Assembly (NCBI GenBank): GCA_964106915.2
Contig: OZ066922.1
Direction: 5' to 3' (one strand)
Length of the DNA: 64,000 nucleotides
Source of the DNA: Podarcis gaigeae
Taxonomy: Eukaryota
Shown: positions 1-12,392 of the stretch, piece after piece
Layout of the letters: every line of letters begins with the position of its first letter
Numbering within the stretch: the stretch's first letter is position 1
Program-made: the position numbers and the translations under genes
The notes under the pieces: generated by a model
The model's input: the letters and a program-made list of their open reading frames with translations, nothing else
Database searches by the model: none
What the model was told of the DNA's origin: nothing

Positions 1-700
1 ACGTCGGAACTGTTAAAAACCCGGGAAGGCGGGGACGCAATTCCACGTGTCCACCGCGGGCGAGAGGGGCGCTGCCCCAGAGGGGCTCCCCCGCCCCTGT
101 TCAGCAAGCAGAAAGTCCAGTTTGTAACAGCTCAATCCTAACCTATGGCTACCTGGAAGTAAGCTCTGTTGAATTCAGCGGGGCTTACTCCGTGGTAACG
201 GGGGTTAGGATTGCAGCCCGAGTGCCCTGCCTTTGGAGCCCGCTCTGCTATGACGCTTCCCACCCCTCCCTAAACCTTTCTCCCTTCTTCTTCCCCCAGC
301 GTTGGCCTCTATAGCTCTTCTGCGTGCTTTCCGTCCAAAGCAGAGGAAGCGAGTGTTTTCCCCACTCTCTGAAAGTCGGCCAGAGGTTGCTCGCTCGCTC
401 GCTCTCCTTTCGCTAACGAATAAGGGAGGGAGGGGACTTAACCCTACGGAAGGGATCCTGGGATCTGTAGTGCGCAAAAGTAGTCGATTGCACAGAAGGG
501 CAGTTGACGAAGCAGGCCTGGGAAACGGAGAGAAACTTCTTCTGGAGAATGCTAGATTATTGCCAGGATTGCTCTGGAAAGTTTCTCGGGAGCTCGAGAG
601 GACGACTTTTGGATAAGGGGAGGCGGGATTGTGGCAGTTCAAGGAAATGAAGCGCCTTGTACCGACGGTGGGGGTGCTCAGCCTACTTTTCATGACATGG
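1..700. promoter_or_regulatory. Edge of a CpG-rich promoter-like region, possibly upstream of GAB1
   Basis: Elevated GC and CpG, GC boxes and an E-box CACGTG near 44. The GAB1 assignment rests only on the USP38-GAB1 order known in human. Confidence 0.4.
128..218. repeat. ~90-bp palindromic dispersed repeat (GC(A)ATCCTA...GTAAG...TTGAATTCA...CTTAC...TAGGATTGC)
   Basis: Self-complementary; further copies near 26698-26782, 27118-27210, 28018-28192 (tandem pair), 37619-37710, 48760-48838 and 58375-58470. Confidence 0.7.
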
Positions 701-1643
701 CTGTAAAGCTGAAAAATATAATTGCAGAAATTATATTTTGAAAGTAGGTCAGGTGAAACTCTTTGGAGTAAAATGCTTATGCAACAGATGGTTTTCATTA
801 CCCAGCCTCCTTTTTTATATTCCTCCATTCCACACATTTTCAGAGGAGATGCTGGGCTGAGTTAGAAATTAGAATACGATAATCTGGTGCCCCTCAGATT
901 ATTGCTGGACTAAAACTCCCATCATCCCTGACTGGACCTGAAAGGAGCTGGAGTCCAACAACAACTGGATGACCACATGTTTTCCCTCCCTGCCATATGA
1001 ATATTGTGATAGCCAACTTAAACCAAGCAATGGGAATATCAATCGCATTTCCCATCAACCTAAGCCATTTTCATCTAGTCCCCAAAGCTTTCTGCATACA
1101 TCAAGCCAGATACACGTAAGGAAGATCAAAGTTGGCAAAAATACAGTTTTAATAATTTAACCAAGTCATTATAAGCACCACTCCTTGTGTTTGCAAATTG
1201 CTATGCCTTTGTGAGTATATGGAGGGAAGGCAGGGTAGGAGAGTAGGAGTGATGCAAAATAGAGGTGGGTGAGTCAGAAATGTGGGCACAGGGTTCTCTA
1301 GCCCTTAGCAAGCTGGAGCTGGGAGCTGAGGTGGCTGAAAAGTAGCAGACAGTGTGCAACTTGCTTCCTTTTTTATTGGGGGTGGACTGAACTCACAAGA
1401 CACACACCAATCTCCTGCTGCTCCTTTACTGCTGAAAAGAGCAGGGATGGGGTCGTATCCTGAGGATGTGCTTCCTCCAAGCCCAATTTTTCTGCAAATG
1501 ATTATTTAATTTCATACCGCTTGATATAAAATATCTCTAAGTGGCGTACACAAAACTGAAGCAACAACAGACAACTTAAGCCAAATGTTACAAAAATACA
1601 GATTTACGTATAAAAATGTTACATTAATACAAAGTTACTAATA

Positions 1644-1872
1644 CAGTGGTACCTCAGGTTAAGTACTGGTACTTAATTCATTCCAGAGGTCCGTTCTTAA
1701 CCTGAAACTGTTCTTAACCTGAAGCACCACTTAACTAATGGGGCCTCCTGCTGCTGCCGCACCGCCAGAGCACGATTTCTGTTCTTATCCTGAAGCAAAG
1801 TTCTTAACCCGAGGTACTATTTCTGGGTTAGCGGAGTCTGTAACCTGAAGCGTATGTAACCCGAGGTATCAC

Positions 1873-1874
<2 letters not shown>
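1644..1874. mobile_element. Tc1/mariner (Tigger/pogo-type) MITE
   Basis: TIR CAGTGGTACCTC / GAGGTATCACTG; TA on both sides. Confidence 0.88.
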
Positions 1875-1879
<5 letters not shown>

Positions 1880-1904
<25 letters not shown>

Positions 1905-1928
1905 ATATACACACACACACATATATAT
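1880..1928. repeat. Compound (GT)n-ATAT-(AC)n-(AT)n microsatellite
   Basis: Read directly. Other (GT/AC)n tracts near 11306, 25731, 46983 and 50303. Confidence 0.95.
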
Positions 1929-3146
1929 CTCATTTTCATTCTGGCGCACCTCCTCTCTCAGCCTATGGGTTCTCACTCCAGGTCCAAACAAACCCTCAGC
2001 TCACCCACAAAAGTTTTACAACACTAAGAGTTCCTAGAAACAGTGGGTATCATCCTAGTCTCTTATGTTAGACTTGCTTGTTATGGGTGGATGGTACTTT
2101 CTCAGGCTTCCCACAGCTGTGTCCCATTCAGCTGCACTCTTCATTGCAGCTTCACACAAATGTGTTTACACACCCAGCTTCTCTGCCATTATTATTCTCT
2201 CATTGAGGACACATGAAAAGCCTTGAAGGAACCTTAAAACAGTTTGAAAGCGTATGTTAGGGGAGGGCTAAATATATTACTACATCAAATAGTTCATGCC
2301 TTCAGATACTGTAGCATTCACCCAAACTTGCTATAAGTCTGCATTATAAAGGAGTAATGAGACTGTGATCCACCTAGATGTTGTCATCACCACCTTCCAT
2401 CAACCTCAGCCAATATGACCAGTGGTCAGGGATGATGTGAGTTTTAGTGTTGGAGCAGCTAGAAGGCCCCAGCTTCCACATGCCCACAATACAGGACTAC
2501 TTGGTTCCTATTATACAGAATTTAATAAATCGTATGAAATTAAGCCATGTACACATTTGATGTGCACTATACAGGTCTTTTCCTGCACACAGTTTTTGAT
2601 CATAATTAATCAGTTAGTCACAGTTATAAATACGAGTTTTCCTTTAGAGCTGCTGTGTCTGAAAGGTTTTTCCAGTACGGACGGCAGCATTGCATTAAAT
2701 AAGCAATGCACCAGTATGAATTTCCAAACAAGAACTTATTTGGGTAGCTGTCATAATCAGCGTCAAATATTCTTTAATATGAACCAGGCCATAAGACTCT
2801 TTATGACCACATAGAAAATAATTTCAACTTGTAACAGCTGCTATTAATAGCAATTCCCTCTCTTGAGGGGAAATAGCCCCCCTGGTGTGCTAGACTATTG
2901 TGGGGAATTGTTTTGATAGTCAATGTGCAGGTGAGTCACCCAAGTTCACAACATTTCATGGTTACCAAATGCTCTTGAATTTCAGCCATGCTAATTATAA
3001 AAGAAAAGCAAAAGCAGTGCTTTGGGACTCTGAAATTAGTATCTTGTGACTTTTTAATGAGAGTAATGAAGAGTTTTTGCTGTCTAGTTGGCCTTAGTTT
3101 TTACTTCACCTTAAATGCTAATAATACACAATTATATATTTGCATA

Positions 3147-3507
3147 GGGACGCAGGTGGCGCTGTGGGTTAAAGCCTCAGCGCCTAGGACTTGCCGATCG
3201 AAAGGTCGGCGGTTCGAATCCCTGCGGCGGGGTGCGCTCCCGTTGCTCAGTCCCAGCGCCTGCCAACCTAGCAGTTCGAAAGCACCTCCGGGTGCAAGTA
3301 GATAAATAGGGACCGCTTACCAGCGGGAAGGTAAACGGCGTTTCCGTGTGCGGCTCTGGCTCGCCAGAGCAGCGATGTCACGCTGGCCACGTGACCCGGA
3401 AGTGTCTCCGGACAGCGCTGGCCCCTGGCCTCTTAAGTGAGATGGGCGCACAACCCCAGAGTCTGTCAAGACTGGCCCGTACGGGCAGGGGTACCTTTAC
3501 CTTTACC
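3147..3507 (+). mobile_element. Sauria SINE
   Basis: tRNA-like head with GGTTCGAATCC B box; (ACCTTT)n tail; 14-bp TSD TTATATATTTGCAT at 3132-3145 and 3508-3521. Confidence 0.92.
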
Positions 3508-3883
3508 TTATATATTTGCATGGATGCATTTAAAGCAGTGGGGAGAGCCTTAGATCTGCTAGCCCAATGTGGCTCTCCTGCCCTGGACTTTGACCTGATC
3601 ATGCCCACATGCCCCTCAGTGGTCTGTCATCCTTGAGTACTTTTGCCTGGCTGGAATGTGTCCTTCAACTAATGCTTCTTGCTTGCCTGGATGATGTGTA
3701 TTGTGTGTGTGGAATTCCCTGTCATATGTGGCTGGAATGTAGCCTATTTTACAGAGATAAGAGTCCCATCTGTTGCTCTGCCGGCTCTTGCTTCAGGCAT
3801 GTGGGCCCTGGAAGGTTGGTCAGAAAGGAATGCAGCCCTGAAGCTGGAAAAGGTTCCTTACGCCAGGTTCACAGTAGCATAAA

Positions 3884-4124
3884 CAGTGGTACCTCGGTTT
3901 ATTAGCTTAATCCATTCCGGAAGTCCGTTCTTAAACTGAAACCATTCTTAAACTGAGGCATGCTTTTCCTAATGAGGCCTCCCGCCACCGATGCCCTTCC
4001 ACCATTCAGCTTCCATTCTTGGACCGAGGTAAAGTTCGCAAACCGGGACACTACTTCCGGTTATGCGGAGTTCGTAAACCGAATAGTTCGTAAACAGGGC
4101 TGTTCTTAAACCGAGGTACCACTG
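3884..4124. mobile_element. Tc1/mariner MITE, second subfamily
   Basis: TIR CAGTGGTACCTCGGTTTA / TAAACCGAGGTACCACTG; interior differs from the other copies. Confidence 0.85.
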
Positions 4125-4179
4125 TACATATGGCCTGGGTAATTGAGCAGAATCCTACTTGGTACTTTTAGGGACAGGC

Positions 4180-4340
4180 TAGTAAAGCTCAGTGGGAGAG
4201 TACATGCTTTGCTTGCAAAAGGTCCCAGGTTCAGATCCCTGTCTACTCCAGATTGAGCTGAGAAAGACTCCTGATTGAAACTTCAGAAGCCACTGCCAGT
4301 CCTTGTAGACAATACTGAGCTAGAATGACCAGTGCACCAT
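4180..4340 (+). mobile_element. tRNA-derived SINE (Squam2-like)
   Basis: GCTCAGTGG A box, GGTCCCAGGTTCAGATCCC B box, body GCCACTGCCAGTC..GTAGACAATACTGAGCTAGA. Confidence 0.65.
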
Positions 4341-4485
4341 CATATATTCCTTCCTGTGATAGCATTATCAATGAGATAATGCATTCAAAAAACTTAGTGT
4401 GCCTACATCCTAGTGAAATCAATGGAATCAACAGCTTGGTCCTACACCTATCTACTTGTGAGTTCAGTGGGGTTATTCCCAAGTA

Positions 4486-4717
4486 CCGTATTTTTTGCTC
4501 TATAAGACTCACTTTTTCCCTTCTAAAAGGTAAGGGGAAATTTGTGTGCATCTTATGGAGCGAATGCAGGCTGTGCAGCTATCACAGAAGCCAGAACAGT
4601 AAGAGGGATTGCTGATTTCACTGCACTTGAGATTCATATTTTTTTTTTCATGTTTTCCTCCTCCAAAAACTAGGTGCGTCTTGTGGTCTGGTGCGTCTTA
4701 TAGAGCAAAAAATACGG
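4486..4717. mobile_element. Tc2/pogo-like MITE
   Basis: Perfect 23-bp TIR CCGTATTTTTTGCTCTATAAGAC; TA TSD. Confidence 0.85.
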
Positions 4718-4833
4718 TATGTGCTCATGGGTTTGCAGCAGTACAACAGGTTCTGCCATCAAGCTAGAACTAAAAGCCATTCAAAGAAATGAATTAGTAG
4801 GAGATTCGGGGGAGACAAAATACTTTCCCATAC

Positions 4834-4971
4834 AATCATAGAATTGTAGAGTTGGGAGGGACAACGAGGGTCATCTAGTCCAACCCCCTGCAATGCAGGA
4901 ATCTTTTGCCCAACATGGGGCTTGAACCCACAACCCTGAGTTTAAGAATCTCATGCTCTACCATCTGAGCT
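4834..4971 (-). mobile_element. tRNA(Lys)-like SINE with CR1-type tail (Squam3-like)
   Basis: Minus strand AGCTCAGATGGTAGAGCATGAGATTCTTAAACTCAGGGTTGTGGGTTCAAGCCCC, then GGGGGTTGGACTAGATGACC...ATTCTATGATT. Confidence 0.75.
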
Positions 4972-5413
4972 TTGCATTGTGGATGGAATTTGCTGCCCCA
5001 AAATGTGGCCTTGGCAAATGGATTGCATGTGCGCCATTCCACTCATGCAATGGGATTTCCTCTGCCCTCCCTGCACAACCCCAAATCCTGCTCCGGAGGG
5101 GTCATCCCAACCTTGGGATCACATTTTGAGGGTTTACAGGGCGCTGCAGTGGGAAATTCCATGCAGCAAGCAGAAGTCTGTTGAGCAAGCGGAACAGCAG
5201 AGTTGGATGCAACCCAGTAAGTCTACCAGTGACTGCCATTCTTGATATGGATATTCCAGGTTCAGAGGCAAAATACCAATTGCTGGGGTGCAATAACATG
5301 GCAGGCTACTGCTTTTGGTGCCTTGTTTGTCAACTTCCCAAAGGCATCTGTTTGACTCTTGTGGGAAGCGGGGTGCAGGACTGTGCGGACCTTTGGTATG
5401 ATCCATCATGGTG

Positions 5414-5907
5414 TAATGACAAACCTAGACAGCATCTTAAAAAGCAGAGACATCACCTTGCCAACAAAGGTCCGTATAGTTAAAGCTATGGTTTTCCCAG
5501 TAGTGATGTATGGAAGTGAGAGCTGGACCATAAAGAAGGTTGATCGCCAAAGAATTGATGCTTTTGAATTATGGTGCTGGAGGAGACTCTTGAGAGTCCC
5601 ATGGACTGCAAGAAGATCAAACCTATCCATTCTTAAGGAAATCAGCCCTGAGTGCTCACTGGAAGGACAGATCCTGAAGCCAAGGCTCCAATACTTTGGC
5701 CACCTCATGAGAAGAGAAGACTCCCTGGAAAAGACCCTAATGTTGGGAAAGATTGAGGGCACAAGGAGGAGGGGATGACAGAGGATGAGATGGTTGGACA
5801 GTGTTCTTGAAGCTACCAGCATGAGTCTGACCGAACTGCGGGAGGCAGTGCTTTGGTCCATGGGGTCACGAAGAGTCGGACACAACTAAACGACTAAACA
5901 ACAACAA
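5414..5907 (+). mobile_element. 5'-truncated Bov-B LINE
   Basis: Peptide ILKSRDITLPTKVRIVKAMVFPVVMYGSESW matches the full copy; CAA tail; TSD CATCATGGTG at 5404-5413 and 5908-5917. Confidence 0.95.
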
Positions 5908-6987
5908 CATCATGGTGCTCCTAGTGGAAGTGACTGCAAAAGTAAGCAAGCATATGCTCATACTGTAAATGTGTTCCGGGTTGCAGCCATTTAACTGCAT
6001 TGGTTTATTTCAGGGGGATTGCATTCAATGAATTTGAGACAATTAAAGAAAATATGAAATAATATCACACAAAGTTTACTCCACAAAAAACCCCCACAAA
6101 AAGTCTGTGATTTGTATGAGACATGTCCTCTGAGAACACCTTTTAAAATCCGAATTCACATGAAGCCTCAGCGGCAACTGTGCACCTATTAAAAAAAAAC
6201 ACCAAGTAGAAAGTGTTGTTAGTTACATCTACTGTCTGTAGCTATGTTGCTGCTGGAAAGAAGGAAGAATGCCAACCCAAAAGTTCTAGTTTTACAGTTG
6301 GAATATAAACCAAGCTTCAAGGGCCACCTGTAAATACACCACAAACCACAGTTCGGAACTTATGTACTGGGGCACAAGACTGCTATGAGTTAAACATCTG
6401 CCAATTTACACCATCAGCTAATACTTGAGGCCTCATCCAAAGTAATATTAGCATCTACTATTTTCCTTTTATGCGTAAATAGTGTGCTTCCAAATGTGAA
6501 CCCTCGGTACTTTTTGACTTCAACTTTTAGTGGATATCATCTAGGAGTTCAGCCATACACAGGAATATTTGAACGTTTCCAGGTGTTCTGGATCCTGATG
6601 GGGCTATCGAGACGTATAAAGGATTTTTCCAGTGTAACATTTTCCTCCAGTGAAGTGCTTTTAGAGTTGATTCAAATGTCAGAGCATTGCTGCTCAAGAG
6701 GATCTGTGGCTCAAGGTAAAAAAGTCAAAAAGCTATCTGCTGTTTCATTTATTTATGTGTTTTGAAAATCGGGTGCTTGTCATTGGCCACTTAGCATTTC
6801 GTACAGATGAGTAATTTGGATAATAGAGTTTTAAATGCAATTATACAAATGGGCTTTGCCCATTACGCTATTTAATTTTCCCTCTGATGCATGTTAGTTA
6901 AGTAATTTTAACTAATAGATTATATAAAAAGGGAAACATTCAAGCTCATTTCAGCTACTCAAATCCTATTCAAGTTAGGTATAAGCT

Positions 6988-7131
6988 AGCTGGATAGCTC
7001 AGTTGGTTGAGCGTGTGGTGCTGACAATGCCAAGGTTGCAGGTTCGATCCCTGACAGCTACATATTCCTGCATTTCAGGGGGTTGGTCTAGATGATCCTC
7101 AGGGTCCCTTCCAGCTCGTATGATTCTGTGA
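6988..7131 (+). mobile_element. tRNA(Ile)-like SINE with CR1-type tail (Squam3-like)
   Basis: TAGCTCAGTTGGTTGAGCGTGTGGTGCTGACAATGCCAAGGTTGCAGGTTCGATCCC, then GGGGGTTGGTCTAGATGATC...TGATTCTGTGA. Confidence 0.75.
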
Positions 7132-7823
7132 GATGTCTATAAACCTAGCTGAATGCAGGGTTGAAATCTTAATGTCCAAGAAGGAATCTGGGGTGGGTAA
7201 TGCACTGTACAAAAAAGATTATATTCTTGGGGAATATGCAGAAGAGCATTGAATAATCACTTTGTGATTACACTTGATTTGGGATCTAGAGTGGCTTGCA
7301 TTTACATAGCTAAAGCAGCACTGGCCTCTGCAATGCAACAGTTCTGTTCTGCTTTCCTACCTGTCATTTGCAATCCCAATTTATAAGTGGTTATCACCAA
7401 GCACTCAGCTAACCCTGATGTCAATCAGATTCAAAAATTACTTGCGAGATTGCCTTAGCTCACATATGCCAACCTGACTGTTTTGATGTGTAGAACTGGC
7501 ATTGTTAAAGTTGTCACATAATCATACTTATTCCACATTTATAAGGAATCAATATTTTAGTGTTGCAGCAGTTGTACTCTGGAACTGCCTATTGCACTCA
7601 GGCAGGCACCTTCCCAGCACTCTTTTCGACTTCTGCTTTTCGACTTGTCTTTGTTAGTTTGTTTTTAGATAAGTGTATCCAGACATGTAGACTATTAACA
7701 TTTGTTTTAATATGGCTTTTAGTTTATTGTTGGTTTTAATTACTGTTTTTAATGTTTTAAATAGTTCTTTTAACTGTGTGTTTTTTTAACCGATAATTAT
7801 GTTGTTTTAATCTTCTTTAGAAT

Positions 7824-8171
7824 GGGAAGCGGGTGGCTCTGTGGGTTAAATCACAGAGTCTTGAACTTGCCGATCAGAAGGTCGGCGGTTCGAATCCCCA
7901 CGGCAGGGTGAGCTCCCGTTCCTCGGTCCCTGCTCCTGCCAACCTAGTAGTTCGAAAGCACATCAAAGTGCAAGTAGAGAAATAGGTACCGCTCCGGCAG
8001 GAAGGTAAACGACATTTCCGTGTGCTGCTCTGGTTCGCCAGAAGCGGCTTAGTCATGCTGACCACATGACCTGGAAGCTATACACCGGCTCCCTCAGCCA
8101 ATAAAGCGAGATGAGTGCCGCAACCTCAGAGTCGGCCACAACTGGACCTAATGGTCAGGGGTCCCTTTACC
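7824..8171 (+). mobile_element. Sauria SINE
   Basis: Same head and tail; TSD TTTAATCTTCTTTA at 7806-7819 and 8172-8185. Confidence 0.92.
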
Positions 8172-9206
8172 TTTAATCTTCTTTAAACTTCTTTGAGGAT
8201 TTATTACAATCGAGTGGTATATAAATTTTATGAAATAAATTAATGTTCCCCAATCCCTTCTGAATCTCTGGGAGTTAATTCCCATCCTTCCCAATCTCAC
8301 TGCCTACAGTCCTATTCACACTTATCTCAACTCAATGAACATTTTGTGATGCATTTCTCTATATAAATTGTATTCTTATTATATGAACCCGTTCTTGCCT
8401 GATTCACAAAGCTATACATTATTATTGGAACAATAATGTTTGCTTTCTGTCCTTATTCTAATCCCTGACCACTTGAATGGCACAGTGACTCAAACTGTAG
8501 TCCTCCAATCCATCTTCTCAAGGTTAAGTCTAGATAAGTCATTGAGATACCTCCGAAATCATTTGAGTATTGAAGCATGCAGGATCAATCCAAAGACAGG
8601 TAGGAGAGGAAAAGTGGGGCATTGCCTGCAGCTTTTGCCCACCAGTTCCCACTGCCTAAGAGGTTAGCTGCTTTCTAAACTGAACAGTGGCTTGTCTCTG
8701 GCAGCAGGAATTTCTGGAATGAAAACAAGAAGCTAAGCTCTAGCAGCACACATAATTCTTTCACACACGTGTGTGTTTGTGTCCAGTTGTTCCTGTATTT
8801 TCTCTAGTGAACCTGGCCTTTTTCCTTCAGGCCCGCTATGGAGATTAATTGCTTATCTACCCTGTCTAATACTTTCTGAAGACGTATGCTCCATGCATGT
8901 TGCATAGTATAAAGTTGACAACAGTTGAATAATCTATTTCACTTCTGGAACTGAATTCAATGTGCTTCTGGCAAGATAGTTTAATTTGGATCATTGTGCA
9001 GATTCCCATGTGTAAGCCTCTACTGGGCTGACTTTCAAAGGAAGAGAGAAGTTATAGCAGCTAAAAAGCCAGCTCCTCCTCCTTCTCCTTCTCCTGCTTC
9101 CCCTCCCCCATTTGCTTTGATATAACACAGACAAGGACAATTGAAAGATAACATTTATAATGACTCATTTTGAAAATTATGAATTTGAACTTAATGCAGG
9201 GGAGTA

Positions 9207-9575
9207 AAAAGGTAAAGGACCCCTGACAGTTAAATCCAGTTGCGAATGACTCTGGGGTTGTGGCACTCACCTCGCTTTACTGGCCGAGGGAGCTGACGTT
9301 TGTCCGCAGTTTTTCCAGGTCATGTGGCCAGCATGACTAAGCTGCTTCTGGCGAAACCAGAGCAGCACACGGAAACACTGTTTACCTTCCCGCTGGAGCG
9401 GTACCTATTTATGTACTTGCACTTTGACATTATTTCAAACTGCTAGGTTGGCAGGAGCTGGGACAGAGCAACAGGAGCTCGGGAGCTCACCCCGTCGCAG
9501 GGATTGAACCACTGACCTTCCGATCGGCAAGCCCTGGGCTCAGTGGTTTAGACCGCAGCGCCACCCGCGTCCCTT
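9207..9575 (-). mobile_element. Sauria SINE
   Basis: Reverse copy; 12-bp TSD TGCAGGGGAGTA at 9195-9206 and 9576-9587. Confidence 0.92.
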
Positions 9576-10070
9576 TGCAGGGGAGTAGGCTATGATAAAA
9601 GAAAATTGTTCTTAAATCCTGGAGGGAAAAGGTTGGGAGGATGTTGAGCCACGAAGCAGGTGACATATGAGTGTTGTTGTACTTAAACAAGCAAAACCAC
9701 ACCAGTCTTTTAAATAGCTCTAAATTACATATGACTGAGCATTAAGAATGTGAATCCTCCAATGAGACCAAAAAAAGCAAAAGGACTGACAATGGAATCA
9801 AAGTGAAAACAGAATACTTCTGTCTTTTAAGAACAGATTATTATCATTTTTAAGTGACAATCGCCAGGCTGCAAGCCATGAAACAGCATAAAATATATTT
9901 AAATCCTGGTTAAGAAATTGAGGAAGTAATAGTGGAAGGATATGAAAGGGAAAATCCCCAGGATTTCCTTATGTGTGTTACCTCCAGTTTGAAACACTGC
10001 TTTAAATAAATTAGTAGGAAAAAAGTTTATGGTATGTTGTAGCAGTTTAGCAGTTGACTATTGTATGCTG

Positions 10071-10275
10071 CAGAGCTTTCCAAACTGTGTGTCGCAACAC
10101 GGAGTACGTCGGCTGCAGTGTGTAGGTGTGTCGTGCAAACGCTCCCCACACCCCTCCCGGGGCTGGAAAAGGGTTTGTTTAACCTCCAGTCTGCAAGTAA
10201 AACTGAATAACTATGGCGCGAAATGATCCATGTCTAAAAACTGTGTCACCAACATGAAAAGTTTGGAAAGCTCTA
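10071..10275. mobile_element. hAT MITE
   Basis: TIR CAGAGCTTTCCAAACT / AGTTTGGAAAGCTCTA; degenerate 8-bp TSD GTATGCTG / GTATATTG. Confidence 0.75.
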
Positions 10276-11756
10276 GTATATTGTAAACTTCTTAATATAG
10301 ATTCACTACATTTTTACTCAGCACTATAATTTGCGGTTTCTTATTTTTCTCAGTTCAGTGTTGAAATATCATATGCAGGAATGGAGTGAGAATTGCTATG
10401 TGTTATGTGTAAGCTGTCATAGCAGAGGCTTTTCTGACCTTGGATTCCTTTAAAATCTAACTGTGGCACAATACATGGCTTACTTCCCCCGTACAGGCCA
10501 CCACTGAAATGAATGGAAATTGCACAAGAACAGTTTTAACAGTCCTAAAGGTCAAGGTCAGAAAATATGGCAATAACCAAGATAATGTGCGTGTTTTGAA
10601 GCCTGCAGTGCTTTTCTTTCATCAACATTACGTCATTCGTTTTGTGGGGATCCAGAGACTCTGATTTGCTATTGGAACCATAAAAAAAACAAGGGGCTTC
10701 TGATCACGTTGTCCCAATGTAGTATGAGGATTCACTCTTGAAGGATTTAGAGATGTGCAATGCATGTACTTGTTGTAAATTATGCAAGACGGTGCTTAGC
10801 TCATTTTGCCACCTGCTTCACCTTTGCAAGGTAGTTACAGAGTTTGCAAATAAGTTTGCAATCTGTTACAGAACATAATTTGCATCCAGGGCCTGCTCAC
10901 CCATGAGACAAGGAGAGGCAACCAGTCCAGGCAGCAGGATTCACAGGGCCAGCAGATCTGGCCATGGAATGCATCACCCAGAGCTGCTGCTGCTGCTGGC
11001 ACCATGGTGGCAGAGAAAAGCTGTATAAAACCTTCCTCACCTGTATATAGGTCCACTGAGGAAATAAGATGAGGGGAACCAGAGTCAGGAAAAGAGTTCA
11101 GTATTTTCCACCCCCTACTGTGTGGCAGGCAACCTGTATCTAAAAGATGGCATTTCCTGCATTGTGTGTATTAAATCCTGATTGAAGGCAGGCTGAAAGC
11201 ACCAGGGTCACTTCAGGAGACAAAAACTCATGAAGATTCAATTTGTCTATTTTCAGACAAATTGAAGACAAGACAAGTGGACAGGATAGCTGGCTCTGGC
11301 GTGCATGTGTGTGTGTGTGTGTGTAACCTAGATAGCTGAATATCAGCCAGCTTCTCGATGAGAGTTGGGAGATTGTCTCCAATAAGTATCACAAAGGATA
11401 AGAAAGGACGGTTTCCCTGAGAAAACCTTGAACGTAACAAAAGAAGCAAACCTTTAATGAAGGTAGCCCCTTGAAATAATCTTACAGAGCATAAGAACAG
11501 TTTGTTCAAACCATCTCCAACAGAAGCAAATGCACTGGGTTGCTTATGGGAGGGAGAGAGATAACCCAGAAGAAAATGTATTAACTTTTCATTGTTGTTG
11601 TTTTTGAAGGACACAATGTTAGGAGAGAGCTATTAGGAAGGAGAAACTGGGTTTAGGAACATGACGTTCTTGCAGTCACCAGTGGAGTTACTGAGGTTTA
11701 GAAAAGCGCAAGCTTTGTAACAAGACACTTTTCATCCATGCTAATTCGTGCATAGA

Positions 11757-12303
11757 TATCATGGACTGGCTGGACACAGAGGAATGGTGAGAGGCACCAG
11801 TTGGGGAACCCCCAGGAACGAAGGCTTGGAGCCTGGAGATTGGTGGCAGGATGACAATGAGTGGTCAGAGAGAGAAGAATGAGAAGCTTAGGAGGAGGAA
11901 GTAAGAGGTAGCAGGGTTTAGTGAGCAGGGAGAGTCTGTGGTAGAACAGTCCAGAAGCAGAAGCAGAGGTAGAAGCAGGTGAGGAGGGAGGCCAAGAGGC
12001 AGAGATTATTCAGGCTGGTGAAGAAGCCAGGGTGTCTCCCTATCCTCTGGTGACAAGATCCCCTCCCTGCTGCTCTGCCAAGACCAGAAGAGGTATGAAT
12101 AGGGAGGAGCGGAGACAGATGCATAAGCAGAGTCTCAGATTGCTTGGGAAGGACCTGAGGAAGGAGGAAATTTAGGCAGCTGTGGTAAGGTGAGGGCCTT
12201 CAGCCTCCACAGCTGCCTTGTGGGGCAAGACCTACCAAGAAGAGTTGCTGCGCTCATTAGGCCTGGTGCTCTTGAGCTGACCTTGTTTCTTCTAATAAAG
12301 ATT
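11757..12303 (+). mobile_element. Decayed LTR-like element with a broken acidic/basic ORF
   Basis: Starts TATCATGG (probably decayed TGTCATGG); purine-rich Glu/Trp-coding body; AATAAA at 12294-12299; 3' end not identifiable. Confidence 0.55.
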
Positions 12304-12392
12304 TTACCTGCCTCTCCCAGCTTTGTGTCATCTACAAATCTGATAAGCATCCCCTTTCTTCCTTCACCGAACATTCCAAACAAGTTGAAGGA
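12304..12392 (-). mobile_element. CR1 LINE RT fragment
   Basis: GMLIRFVDDTKLG resembles the CR1 FADDTKLGG motif. Confidence 0.6.

Noticed and set aside
205-837. 210-aa minus-strand and 104-aa plus-strand ORFs at the window start
   Set aside because: GC-rich promoter-like DNA, non-ATG starts, low-complexity translations and no recognisable protein.
4834-7131. tRNA-like sequences (also the Sauria SINE heads)
   Set aside because: Acceptor stems are broken and each runs into a LINE-derived tail; these are SINE heads, not tRNA genes.
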